DNA from: Balanoglossus misakiensis
Taxonomy: Eukaryota; Animalia; Hemichordata
Length of the DNA stretch: 64,000 nt
Direction: 5' to 3'
Assembly (NCBI GenBank): GCA_040954595.2
Contig: CM082594.2
Span: 10,358,296-10,422,295 of the forward strand
Made by a program: the position numbers and the translations under genes. Positions 35,301-47,800 of this stretch are shown one piece after another; the first letter of the stretch is position 1, and every line of letters begins with the position of its first letter. Below the pieces are notes generated by a model. The model did not search any database, was not told the DNA's origin, and worked only from the letters and a program-made list of their open reading frames with translations.

Positions 35301-38300
35301 CGGTTCTGGTTACCATGACAATGGCACTGTGTTCACCACTTACTCAGAGTTGAGCGTCCATGGGAAATCTTGAGCTGTTCCGTAGATGGTGGTTGCTATG
35401 CCGATCTCCGTTTCGGTAACTGCAAGGAGACAAAAATCAGACGTATATTTGTGAGCGTTTTTTTTCTCTTGTTAGAGAACGGATCTGCAAGCCATCGAAC
35501 ATTGAAGTCACTCTGTTTAGAAATGATAGTTAACTTGTGAACATTATTGTCACACACTGCGCTATGTGAGCAAGGCCTCAAATCAAGAAACCGCGATTCT
35601 ATACTCAACCGGTCTACCTATTAATAACGACCGGAAATTTTTTGGCTTAATTCATCTTCTTACAACTTTCATAATCGCCCTTCAATTCAGCCATCGACAA
35701 TGAAATTCGTGAATTATTAAAAGAGGTTTGCTAATCTATAGCATATTACAATAAATTTACATATATTATCTGCTTTGATTGAAAACACGGGGAATTGGAA
35801 TACTAAAAACTATTATATGACGTGTTCCCACAGTGTTGACTTTAATGTTCTTCATCAGAGTGTGAAAAATGAAAATAAAACCAAATCACAGATACCCGTG
35901 TGACTCTTACATTTCACCGTCGCTTTTGTTACCAAGGTAACAATCAAGCTGTGACAGCAACATGTCTTTCGGACAATGGTCATTACAAATAACTATTTTC
36001 CCCCGCTTTTCGTTTGCTTGTCCCTTGAAAAATCCTTCAGGCTCTAATTTTAGGTGTAATAGAAAATCTGAGACTTACTCGATTCGCCGTGGATGTCAGC
36101 GGGAATTTTTAATTTAGTTTCCATTTCAGTGTCATGGACAACCAAGCCTTTGAACCCAGCTTTCTCTATTACATTGTATTGGGAATCTGAAATATATAAG
36201 GAACAACTCCTCATCAACCACAGAATCTCTGGAAGAGGATTTGCGACAATATGAGTATGTGAGAAATAGTATTTGCAGAGAGACAATACAGTATTGTTAC
36301 ACTCTTTCATCTCACCTATGCCGTCTTCTGTTATCTTTATTTCATCTATGTCTTCAGCGCGCATGTATTCTATGACATCATCACCAAACCCATCAAGACC
36401 ATCAATCATTTTCAGGCATTTTCGATCAAAAGCCTGAGAAGAAAAAATCACAATTTTATTTAGTTACATGTGTTACACTATGGGCAGTTGCAAGTGCAAA
36501 TACTAGTAAATTATAAATGTAAGAGCTGTTGTACTGTGACTTTTCTCAAATTCTTCCGAAAGCTGCTAAAGAAGATAAATAATTTACCTCAGAATCACCA
36601 TTTCCATTTGAAGGTCGTTTTTTCCCAATAATTTGTATGAATTTCTGAAATAAAAAGATAGAACTGATACTTAAAAAGCTTCAAGTTGAAAGGATTGGTG
36701 GCATTATAAGGCTGACAAATCTTCAACTTTAATTAAGTAGAATATAATCTGCATCTATCCGGCTATTTCCTTACAGGATTTTCGATTTTCTAGACTACAA
36801 CCCTAACTGTGTTCAAGAATTGGCCCCACCTGTAAAATGTCGATCGCATCCTCTCGCGAGACCCCGCTACCTGTGAGAGGGTTGCGTTGGAGGAACGAAA
36901 AGAAGGTGTCGCTGACGTCACTGGTCAGGTCACCTGGTTGAGAGAGAATTCCTGCCGCAACACACAACCATTCATCCTGTATCAGAAGCCCGCTGCAGTC
37001 GTTTCGTGCCTGCAAAATGAACGAACATTAAATTGAACATCTTGCAGATAGTTAGTTGGTACCATAGACACAAGTGTCTGTGTTGGTATATTGAGTTTAT
37101 TTATCAGTTTAATGATAACCTGAATATAACTCCCCTCCCTCTCACCCCTCTCTCTCTCTCTCTCTCGCCAGCTCTCGCTCAACATCAAACAAATCCACAA
37201 CACTGGAAACTAGCCTATGATATATTATCTCCAGGGGTAAATATTCTGGGTATTAGAATAAGAATGGCAGCTTTTCAGACTATAAAAGCAGGTTGCCTAT
37301 TTATCGCTACCGCACTTAATGAAATGATGTGTTTGCCATGAAACATGTCTTGGACTGTTTGCATGGATGTATTGTTCATAACTTTGCGGGAATTCCGAAT
37401 TCTTCAGCCAGATATGGCGTAGGGAGTCTCAATGAACTCACGCTGTCGTTTATGCGTCGATAATTCATTCAGCTCAAAACATGCTGTGCCGCTAAGTGCA
37501 CTGCATATGTGCAAACTTTAAAAGGGAACTCATATTTAGAGTAGCAGCATGCTGAGGACTTTCTCTGTGCAGCAGGTGTCTGTTCTCGGATCTCAACACA
37601 ATTAACAGATGACATCACTTCTCTATTACCCATAGACACAAGCAATAGTCTGTATATCTATAAACTATCACGCATTGCTACAAAATACTTACAGCTGTGA
37701 CGTTGCTTCCGGTTATGGAGGCCGTACTGGCATAGGTCAAGCTCGACATCGGACGAGTGGTGACGCTGTCTGAACTGGTTGTTGGCGTCTCATCCGTACT
37801 GACTTTGACATTGAAAAGAAGAGATGTGCCGTTTAAATGATTGCATTGTAAATGTACCGTACCAGTTGCGTTTTGATGTTTACGTTCAAATGTGCATGAA
37901 CTTTACAATAAAGAAAAGTTTTAATTTCTATGTTCTTATATACTGACAATAAAGATGCTAGCAAAGTGTTCATTCTGCAAATGAAAACAGAAATTCAACC
38001 AACCTGGAACGTATTTTGGTACAACGGTTACATTCGTGCCAGCGCTGCATACAAAGCCAAATTCATAATCACAGAGTTTCTTGTACCATGAACACATAGC
38101 GATTCCGGTTATTTTCCTGACAACGACGCAGGCATCATCGCCGACGTCTCCGTCTGGTTTGATGTTGTCCCAGCCTGCGGGGGAGTGTGTCACGTTGTCG
38201 ATCAGCCAAGAGTGGGAGAGGACAGCTGATTGGAGGAGTCCAATGTAGTAGTCACCGTCGGGTCTGTATTGAATACAAAAGAGAAGCACCCGCATATTGA

Positions 38301-39057
38301 AGACTCGAAGGTAAAGAGAAGGTAAGGGGGGTTTCAGGTAATATTGTGATGACGTATTGTTTGTTTAAATGTCTGGGTTGAACAGTGTGAGTCTGTTTTC
38401 ACCAGATAACAGAATGAACTTACAAACTTGAGCACAATAGGCTATTGTCACTGAAGGTCGTGATTTTGGCGAGATCCCCTCCGAGTTGCTGACACTGCTG
38501 CCGGCCGCTGTTCCAAGTTTGTCCCGGTGCGGATAGATCATTCCGAACTGTAACTGATGGGGGGGGGGGGGGGGGAGAGAAGTGAGAATCTGTGAAAATG
38601 ATTGTGGATTGATGGCTTGTGAAAATGAGATGTTGAAATGATCAGAAATACATACATCTACACACCAACGTTGTTTTGAAAATTAACAGTGGCAAGAGAA
38701 CCATGCATGCTTCCATGTTAGAAATAAATATGTATCCCCAATCGTCAGGATTTTACTTACCATCAATTTGACCGGAAACACGGGTAAATATAAACTGTTA
38801 TAAAAATAGAAAAAAATCATTCTTAATTCCAACTGGTTAGTTAAAATATATTTGCTGTCCTCAATAACTTGACTGACCAACATCACCTTGAAGAGCAAAT
38901 GTTCACGAAAAAATTAGAGACACCTATGAAAGGAAAAACTAACACCAAACAAAGCCATAAATGAAATTCCATGCAGATCGCCCGTTCTTACCAGGATGAA
39001 AACTCCTGAGACACATACTCGAAATCCTCCTCTTGAAGTAGTCCCAAGTTCCTTCAT
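29207..39057 (-). CDS. Adhesion G-protein-coupled receptor (C-type lectin + GAIN/GPS + secretin-like 7TM); full gene span, 20 coding exons, 771 aa
   Basis: Exons 39057-38992, 38794-38761, 38553-38424, 38263-38004, 37802-37693, 37009-36830, 36644-36588, 36433-36316, 36186-36079, 35419-35344, 33490-33391, 32678-32602, 32167-32056, 31920-31817, 31665-31566, 31298-31081, 30389-30323, 30016-29931, 29797-29629, 29350-29207. All introns are GT-AG with consistent phases; total 2316 nt. GPS: [14 protein letters not shown]|TSFAVLM. 7TM motifs: [60 protein letters not shown]. Confidence 0.93.
29629..29797 (-). CDS. aGPCR exon 19 (TM6-TM7)
   Basis: [56 protein letters not shown]|gtgggt. Confidence 0.95.
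29931..30016 (-). CDS. aGPCR exon 18 (TM5-ICL3)
   Basis: [29 protein letters not shown]|gtatgc. Confidence 0.92.
30323..30389 (-). CDS. aGPCR exon 17 (ECL2-TM5)
   Basis: (Y)[22 protein letters not shown]|gtgaga. Confidence 0.93.
31081..31298 (-). CDS. aGPCR exon 16 (TM3-TM4)
   Basis: [29 protein letters not shown]...[24 protein letters not shown]. Confidence 0.95.
31566..31665 (-). CDS. aGPCR exon 15 (TM2)
   Basis: [33 protein letters not shown]|gttggt. Confidence 0.9.
31817..31920 (-). CDS. aGPCR exon 14 (TM1)
   Basis: [35 protein letters not shown]. Confidence 0.95.
32056..32167 (-). CDS. aGPCR exon 13 (GPS autoproteolysis site + Stachel)
   Basis: [24 protein letters not shown]|[13 protein letters not shown]. 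Confidence 0.95.
32567..32585 (+). promoter_or_regulatory. CTCF-like site in an aGPCR intron
   Basis: tgtcccctaggtggcgctg closely matches the CTCF consensus. Confidence 0.45.
32602..32678 (-). CDS. aGPCR exon 12 (GPS first Cys)
   Basis: tttcag|[25 protein letters not shown]|gtgagc. Confidence 0.82.
33391..33490 (-). CDS. aGPCR exon 11 (GAIN B)
   Basis: ccacag|[33 protein letters not shown]|gtgagt (typical S.IIS....V.I.F.H). Confidence 0.88.
35344..35419 (-). CDS. aGPCR exon 10 (GAIN B)
   Basis: ttgcag|[26 protein letters not shown]|gtaagt; phase 1->2 bridges the neighbouring exons. Confidence 0.8.
36079..36186 (-). CDS. aGPCR exon 9 (GAIN B)
   Basis: tttcag|[36 protein letters not shown]|gtaagt. 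Confidence 0.85.
36316..36433 (-). CDS. aGPCR exon 8 (GAIN A, helical)
   Basis: tctcag|[39 protein letters not shown]|gtgaga. Confidence 0.85.
36588..36644 (-). CDS. aGPCR exon 7
   Basis: tttcag|[19 protein letters not shown]|gtaaat, phase 0-0. Confidence 0.7.
36830..37009 (-). CDS. aGPCR exon 6
   Basis: ttgcag|[20 protein letters not shown]...EDAIDILQ|gtgggg. Confidence 0.82.
37693..37802 (-). CDS. aGPCR exon 5 (Ser/Thr-rich stalk)
   Basis: [37 protein letters not shown]|gtaagt; requires the AAG acceptor. Confidence 0.75.
38004..38263 (-). CDS. aGPCR exon 4 (C-type lectin C-half)
   Basis: PDGDYYIGL...[14 protein letters not shown]...[15 protein letters not shown]. Confidence 0.9.
38424..38553 (-). 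CDS. aGPCR exon 3 (C-type lectin N-half)
   Basis: [19 protein letters not shown]; poly-C tract plus catcag acceptor, gtaagt donor. Confidence 0.88.
38761..38794 (-). CDS. aGPCR exon 2 (signal peptide end)
   Basis: taacag|[11 protein letters not shown]|gtaagt; completes a hydrophobic signal peptide with a VSG/Q cleavage-like site and fixes the phase. Confidence 0.7.
38992..39057 (-). CDS. aGPCR exon 1 (start, signal peptide N-part)
   Basis: [22 protein letters not shown]|gtaaga; acceptor at 39067. Confidence 0.7.
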
Positions 39058-42000
39058 CTCGATTTAACTGTAATACAAATGAAAAGAGTTACCATGGTAC
39101 CAAATACCATTCATCATTTGCCGCTGTTTATAAGAGCTGACATACAACCACGATACTGTTTCTTGCTTGTGCATAAACTAACTGTGTTCTTTATTTTTTT
39201 ATAAAGGTGCGAAGACATTTGACTCCAAATGACAAGTTTTTATAAATTGTCTATTTCCAAAATCGAATCAGATAATATATATTATTTATATAATAAATTG
39301 CCACAACTGAATGCTTTTAATTTTCCGCGGAATATTACATTGACACTTTAAACTAGACGCATTGGCGCAGTCTGATTCATATTTAATTAATCATGCCCAA
39401 AATTATATTATATAAGAATCTGCAGTGTCAAATATAACACTATTTTGATGGAATGGAAGTACAGATAATTGTTTTGTAGCATGTCTGGCATCACCAGGAT
39501 TGATTATATATGTTGCTTCGACATATATAACAGAATCAAAATGAATACCTTTGAAAACTATGGCATCTAAGCTCTGGTGACTACAGAGATACGCAGATGA
39601 GATGATCATGTGTGTATTCTGGTCTGTTTTGATTGGCTTTTCATGTTCTTTATGTCACTAATTATCTCCCTCTATGTTTGTTATTCTTCACAGGATCTCA
39701 ATCCAATCTATTTCTGGGGGAATTAATGTCATCTTCCGCCTTAGTGAACACCCTTTCCATTCTCCACTATGCATCATTACTCACTGATGTTGATTCAACA
39801 TCAAAATTAAGTCACACTCATTCCAGGAATTTGCAGCAATTTAGGACCTAAATTGAACCATGCTTCAGCCCAACCAAAGTAGTGCCATGGTAACCAAAGC
39901 ACGCGCCGACTCGAGAAAACCTCTCTTGTGGTGGTGCGTTACTTCCAGGTTATCAGTTTAAATGGAATTAAAATTAAAAGGATAGTCTCAGCATTTCTGT
40001 AAGTGGATGGAGATTGATTTGTTTAATTGAAATGGCGTCGTGTAGAATATGTCCGAGGCCAACAGATGTCTTCCACTTTACCACATCGGAAAAGATTGAA
40101 GTTTGAGGAATTCAGTTCTTGTGGATCAACTTAAAACATGACAGATCCGGAAATCAATTTGTCACTTCTCTGAACAGGGGATAAGTGTTTTCATCAAACA
40201 GGTCATTATATTGAAATTCCCAGAAATAAAAGAACAGGGGTTTGGTTCAATCTCACTTTCATTATTACCACTTCATGATGAAGGTTTTCGAATAACTTGC
40301 AAAGCCTCAATTCAAATTTAAAAATAAATAAATGTATCACTGCACCACGAATCTGGATTTACGTGAATACACTACTTAGTATGGCAATTATCAACTATGT
40401 ACGTTCACCTGTTGCAGATAAAACTGTCTCATATAATTATCCAGACTGGCAGACAAAGAGCCAAGCGTGTTCTCAGTATACGCATTTATTATCGTATAAC
40501 GTTTATGGGAATTTTACGTCAATTAGAGGTGGGATATAAATATTATCATTCAAGCTAATGCTGCGGATTTTATTACACATTTTGTCGTGCAGTGAGGCAT
40601 AATAGAACAGGAAAGTTTATTGCATAGACAAATAAACTCCTTCCAAACAGACACAGTCCATAACTTACGCCAACGACATTAGAGTGGTTGGTCGTTTGTG
40701 AGCCCATTTTGATTGGTGTCAATGGTGCTCTGAAAAGTGCGGATTAATTGAAATTTCGCTTAGCCTGTTTGACAACCTACGCTAGCTCTAAGACATGACC
40801 CTTACCATGGAAACGCCCACCGTTGTTACTGTCAAATGAATTTAAGTCCGGACCATGAGTAATTCGCCACTGCGTAGGCTAAAGTCATATTTGCACAAAA
40901 CTCGATGACGTCATCACAGAAAATCATGACTTTGCGCGTCTACGTTCGCGTAACACGAGTTGCCAAACCTGTTTATTGACAAGTAGAGCGCGTAAACTTG
41001 ATTAGAGGGAATATAGGAGGAACTCGTTAGTGTGCCTGTCACGGAATGGATTTGGGTGGATACGCGCCGCGAGGATGATCATAAAAAGGGGTCTTGCTAA
41101 AAGCTTTAGTGGTGGAATCGTTACACGCGATTATCCAATGTATTTTGAGATAAGTGTTGGTATGGCCGCCACTTTGAGTGCTGTAAATATTAAGCATGTT
41201 CATATTTAGCCATCATTGTTAGTTATGTTCCTAAATGCTGCCCTTAAATATTAAATTTTACCACAGTGACTGTTGGTTACCATGAGAATACAGAATACAG
41301 AGGAGACATACAATATACACTCCTATAATGCAATCTTTGCACGTTCGCGATTACTCATGTACAAGTGTAACAGCAAGCAGACTTACATGTCTTTTAGCAA
41401 GTACAAAAATGTGACACAATCTTATTTTAAAACTGAAAAAAACTGTAGACAGATCCTGCTACTGGGGTTTTAACTTGCTTTGCTGCTTTTAAAAAGGTTC
41501 TCTCCTATTCCCGCATGTCTTTGAGATGTGCTTGAGTGGACTTCCGTCTATTGGCAGTATTATCAAGGAGGCTTCTGTATATTACTCAACGTATATGCAT
41601 CGCAAAGAATAGAAGCTTTTGTCCACAAAACATCATCAACTACAAAACTGATGTTGTCAATCTTTAAAAACCTTATTTGGGGTATGTATGTCCAACGACA
41701 TTTCATTTTCAATAGTTTTTGTCAATTTTCCAAAAGGTCAGGATTTTCTCTGACATATATTGAAAAACCTTAATTAAGCTCATAATTATTGGAAGGATCA
41801 CCGTAGAGGCCTTGACATTGAGAACACAGAACACTGTGTGGGTGTATTTTCTCAGAAGCCTGGATATGTTCGTTCCGCAATGAAAGAAAAAGAAGTAAAC
41901 ACCGTATGATTAAACATACAGCGTCTAATCCTCACACAAAAAATAAATAGGTGTTTGTAATTGTCCAGCGCATGTTGCGGTAATTCTCCTGGTTCTTGAT

Positions 42001-42926
42001 CATAAATCAGCTTACCGCTTTCCAATTATAAGGAAAATTATTATGGAAATTGGAAAGATGCAAATTTGATCAGAACGCGTGATTGGCGTTGTTACTGGGG
42101 GTAAATGCGTTGTTTTCGACAACCTGTTAGTATGTGCAGCATTATTTGTGAGTCTCTCGCAGCGCCAATTTTGCGGGTTTTTTTCTGGGAGTGGCCTATA
42201 GTTACAGTGTGTTGCCGTGCGGCGTTGAAAGTTGCCGTTGATGGAAAACTCCCACCAAGGTGCTGTGTCAGACACCATTAGAGAACAACCTGTGGTGACC
42301 ATGTACCATGGCAGGTTTGAATCACAGAGATTTTCCAGAGCACAGCCGTGAGATTACTCTGTTCAAATTGTAGCCATTTTCACAAACCGTTGAAATGTGC
42401 ATTTGAAAAGGAATAACTTGACTAATGTTGTTTTATCCGGATATGCAATACAATATTTGATTGACACACTTGATTTGGCTACAGTTTGTCGCGTTTCTCA
42501 TCATGAGGCTATTAAGAGCCAGTCAATAGAAGAAAATCTAAACATTGGAAATAAATATCAATAAAATGCACAGGAGACAAAGATTGTAAAATTGGAAACC
42601 GTTCCTCTTGAGTAACAGATAACATATCTGAAAAGATAGGTCTAGACTGGCCGAAGTGAACAGACAACTGTTCAAAACTAAGAAGTACAATATTGACATT
42701 TACCAGCTGTAGAAATCAGAACGCTTACGTTGACAGCTTAACAATCATACTTTCTAAAATCTAAAATTTTGATATGTTCCTCACATGTACCTGTAGCATT
42801 CCTCAAAGATATGCACTTTTTGTATAACATGATTATAGAGTCGAAACTACTTCGGGCAAAATGGCAACCCTATTACAACAGCCATAGCAAGTGCCAGTGG
42901 GCCAATACAATGACGAACACACTTAC

Positions 42927-43090
42927 CAGGATTCGTGACTAGTCATAAAATGCTCGTAACCGCAGCGGAGAAAAAAAGCGCCGTTCATTTCTGGACCGAT
43001 AAACGCGATATGTTGTTTGCTCGGGCAAATCTCTGTACTCACGTGATTCCAAAGCGACAACACGTGACTCTACCTCTCGTTTCGATTGGC
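42927..43090 (-). promoter_or_regulatory. Candidate promoter and non-coding first exon upstream of the aGPCR
   Basis: Two CACGTG E-boxes, CCAAT boxes, CpG-rich patch, CTG|GTAAGT donor at 42927. Confidence 0.3.
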
Positions 43091-44166
43091 CTAGCTTACA
43101 AAAGCACCTACAATCATCTCCCAATCACACGACATTGAATATTAGTAAGAACATTCATCATAGCATTTAACTTCTTCGTTTTTGCAAGTCCCATTATTTA
43201 CTAATTAATCTCGATCATTCTAGAATAGCCCCAAAAATAACAAAGATCCGGTAGCTATTTTTTCATTGTCACGATTTTTCCATGTGCTCACTCAAGAGAG
43301 ACCGTTTCGTGATAAATTAATCGAAAACACTGTGCAGATAGCGTGTATACTGAAACTCATCTTTCTTCAATCATTGTGACACATACCGTTCCTTGCACAG
43401 GTACACTGTTACATTACAGTGATCTCTCCCCTCTCTCTACTCCCCCCCCCCCTACTCTCTCTTTTGTGTGCATATGGGGCATGTTATTTTGTAACAAATA
43501 TATGTAAAAGTGCATTCTTATTTGTTAGTAATTTCGGTGTAAACAACTGTCTAATTGTTATGGCAAAGACCTGTCACTTTAGTTTTTATGACTCTTGTCT
43601 ATCATTTATCAATTCTGCCTGCATACATGCATGTAGTGTATAGAGATCTTTTGACAATGACATGAGTGAGAAGAAAAAACCATCAAGATCACAGGCAAAG
43701 CTTTTCACTACTCCCAATGTTCAATCAATATGAATCTTTCACACAACTATGACACAGATAGAAAGTATATAAAGTATGTGTTTTCAGCGCCAGTTGTGTA
43801 TTCCCATCAAAAGAACAGTAAATTATTTGGAGTATGCTCACGACAGTTGTTCATTTACTAAAGTGAATTGACGTACCCGGTACTAATGGACATCTGATTA
43901 CAATGGTGGCATATGTGCATCAGTGAAAAGAGCAATTTTCGCGATGAAGCAGTTGATTTCATTTTTCAAGGCTCGATTAGATCTGACACAGAGAAAGGTA
44001 GTTTCATGCTCTGACTACGACGAAAACTACCCATCATTTTTTGCCTGTTAATATTTCTCACGAAGTAACAGATCACTTTCAGCAAAAAGGAAGACGTGCT
44101 GATGAAGTTGACCGCTTCATTTAATCGGCAGTCACTCTTGAAATTTCCCGTCACGTTTTTTTCTGT

Positions 44167-44802
44167 CTCGTTCACTGTCAACCTGTTGTCCGTTGCTATA
44201 GCAATGGAAATTGAAGTTCACAAGATGCGCTTCAATGTCCATGACACTATAACAGACTGATGGATGGCCGGCAAGTTGTTTATTTCGGTTCGATATTTAT
44301 TTCATCTGAGTTATCCCTGACACACATTAATCAAATTCAACCCTAATTTTAATCCTTTTATCTACTTTTGTTTCATTTTTTAATGACATTGGCCATGGCT
44401 TCACACGCAAACCATATTTAGTTTCATGGTGAAATACTTAAGACTATGCTGAAGTTATGCTTGAAGTATGAAGCTACCGATCTCAACCTGTAACTGTTTC
44501 TCAGATAGCAACAGAGTGATTTCAATGAACGGCAGATGACCTGATGGTACAATTTCCTCTTGGAAACTCACACATCGTCTTTCCACCTCGTTCACTATCA
44601 ACTCCCTGTTGCTATGGTGATAGAAATTGAATCTGATGACACTAACAGACTGATGGATGGCCAGCAGCAGCTGGTTTTCAATGGCTGTTTATTTCATCCG
44701 CGACTCTTCAATACATTGTTGTCCCTGGAACACATTAATCAGTTTTGAGCCCAAGTTCCTTTTATTAATCTACTTAATTTTATAATGACATTGACCATGG
44801 CC
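44167..44802. repeat. Diverged local tandem duplication (about 44167-44400 and 44587-44802)
   Basis: Collinear shared blocks ctcgttcact, gaaattgaa, taacagactgatggatggcc, tttatttcatc, acacattaatca, taatgacattg.ccatggc. Confidence 0.82.
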
Positions 44803-47800
44803 ACATATGCTTCACGAATCATAACTCAACAAATGGCTTTTCTAATAAAACATCCCGAGCGTTATTGAAAATCTCTCATCAACTACAAATCTGTCATTTC
44901 CTACACCAAGTGCCAACGTCACAAAATCATTAAAAACTACATTACAATTTGGCAGATTTGCTTTTGAATTTGATAATGTGGCCGAAATTAATCAAAACAT
45001 ATTTATGATCCCATGATCACTTTTGTTGATAGCTGCAAATTTGGTAGATTAAAGCCAGATATGGTAAAACAAACACGACTCGATACGTGTGAAATGCCTA
45101 TAATATCAGTTATGCCAACCAGATAATAGATTAATTTGACGTACATATATATAGCTGTGCCTTATTTTCAGGAGAATGGTTTGAATGGTAGACAAACTAA
45201 GAGTAAAATTTCGAAAACGTTCACTACTTTCAGAAAAAGGTCAACTAAAGAACAGGAAAGCATTTTAACAAAATGCCGTAAGCTGAGACTACTGTTGAGA
45301 TACGTCTGCACTCTTCGTTCGAAGTTTCTAAGTTTAGATGCAGAATTATTGAAGGGACGTTAGCCACAATTAGGTGTACAATTTCGCTGATCTAGCCTAG
45401 ATTGGATGACGTCACCAACTACATGTTTTTTGAAAGGTGGAGCTCTCGCCAAAGTTGATCAAAACTGAAAGTTGATGCTGCAGCAACATTTTGTGCATGC
45501 ATCACTTCTTTGGCGAAGTGCGGCCTGTGTTTGTGTCAATCTTAAATTGACCTCCATCAAATCCAAGTTCCCTCTTAATGTTGAATTTACGGGGAAATTA
45601 TTGACAATCAACCCTTGAAAACAAGATTGCGAACAATAATAATGCATTGCCGTCATTTTGTCTAAGTCAAAATTGAATTGATTCAAGCTATATTAAATGT
45701 TTTCCCTAGATATCTCCTTTCTGTCACAAACAGGAAGAAAATATCTCTCTGATACAAAAGGTTGAAAGAAAGTGATTAACCTACTAGCTAAAAGTAATGC
45801 TCCAAAGAGACAAGTTTCCCAAACAGATAAAATCAGAAACCAATAGAAAACATTTGACAGTGTGTATACTGAACATGAAACCTGGTGCCTAGTGTACAAG
45901 ACTCAAAAATATTGCCATACACGTTGAAGATGAAATCTGATGTGCATCGACATTGCGCCCTCAGTGCCACAATTGTCCGTGACATGTTCGCGAGAAAGTT
46001 AAAGAAATTAAAGCGTTTGCCTACAGGTGGCGCTCATTCAGTAGCAAGACATCTTCAGTTGGCATGGATACAGAGCATTTCCATTCCTACTAGGAAGTTT
46101 CCTTTCCGTTAATGATCTGTTTCTTTAGTGATTTGGTGTTCAGAGTTTCATAGGGAATGACTTCGTGCCTGTAGATGCTTCTTTGGAAGTTTGTTATGTG
46201 ATTCGTTGCCTAGCAACTAAAGTAACACAGAATCCGCATGTATTCTACTGATCATACATCCTGTGTTAACTCGGCTAAGCAAATTTAAACAGCAGAACAA
46301 GAGCGCCGATCCCAGTGTTTGAGTCACATATCCAAGTTAACCAATTCCACAAACATACCGTAAGTACCGGTAGTTAATATTGAGGAAGTGATCAAGGCCA
46401 GGCAGCAGTCGAACAGTGAAAAATAATATTTAAACACCTTTATTCCACCAACGCTTCTGCAAGATTGCTCTTCTGAGAATAAGAAAAAATCAATATTCTT
46501 GATTAACATAAATGTATACACAGTCGGTGCCTTTTGGACAACACTGCACCAAACTGTCTCATCCACCAACCGTATCATCCGATGTATCGCCATCGAAAAA
46601 AGTAATTCGCATGGCCGCATAAACGGAACGATGGCTTTTTGATCGTTATCGCGACAAGACACTAACTACCACCGGGGAAATCACCGATCGTGTAACAGCG
46701 ATCCTGGTGCGATTAGGCCTACAAGAGAAAACGTCATCAGTCATTTGAAGCTGTCAGTTATGACGTGTGCAAGCCAGGCAGAACATAGAGCAGGTGAAAT
46801 TCTGCAGCCTGCTGAGTCTGATTAGCGAGGCATGACCGATAATAGTGAGGGACATCCGGGTGCTGATGAGAACCCTGTCTGAGCAGTCTCAGTACAGAAC
46901 AGAGAGGTCGACAACCAGTCACCAATCCTCCCACTGTGACCAATATGCAGTAAAACCTGTGTCGAGGCGTGTGCCAAGCAGATTAATGACTGGTGCTTAT
47001 GTACATATTGATTTGACAATTGAAGTTAACAGCTTGCAATAAAAAAAGACTCAGAATCCCAATAAGGTGAGAGCAACTCTCATTCAGAATTTATGTAGTG
47101 TCAACTTAATTCAGGGATATCGACCTTACATGTAAAGAGTGTTCTGCCTGGGTTATGAACACCATCAAAACAATGAAATTAACTTTGTCATCAGTCATCG
47201 TTTCCTTAAATACCTTTTTAAAGCGACGTTTTAACAGTCTCCCTTTCTCGGGTCAACCAGGCAAGTTTTGAAAATTATGAAACTTGCCAGAGATGATGAA
47301 TTCTTCTAGATAAGATTGCTCTTTAATATCAAACCATGTGATCATTTACAGTTCATATCTGGTTTTAATTGGTTTTGCTTCGATTTTACTGGGCATCGTC
47401 ATCTGATCTTGCTTCAATTGTTAGGTTGCCAACATTTTATGATAGGTTCAACTTATATCATGAAGATGATATTAAAGATAGAATTAAAGCTCGCTTCTCA
47501 TGTTCCGTGGATTTTTTGGATTTCTAGTGCTTATTTGACATTTCAAATCAGCACCCACGCGGGCAAGCCTTGAAACCTACGTTGCCTGCAGGGCACGTTC
47601 CTGATAGATGGATGAGATGAGCACATTGGCTCAAGTGGACAATTCCATTTGCCATTTTTCATAAAAATGACGGAGAACAATACACTCGATTTACAGCTCC
47701 ATTTTGTTGAAAACCGACAGAGCACCATTTGCCAATGTCATCCATCATACTTAGCCAAAAATTAAATATAAAGTGTTGCTTAATTATGCAGCTGCAGCAC

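Noticed and set aside
38559-38575. G17 run (possible G-quadruplex)
   Set aside because: Adequately explained as the poly-C pyrimidine tract of the aGPCR exon-3 acceptor
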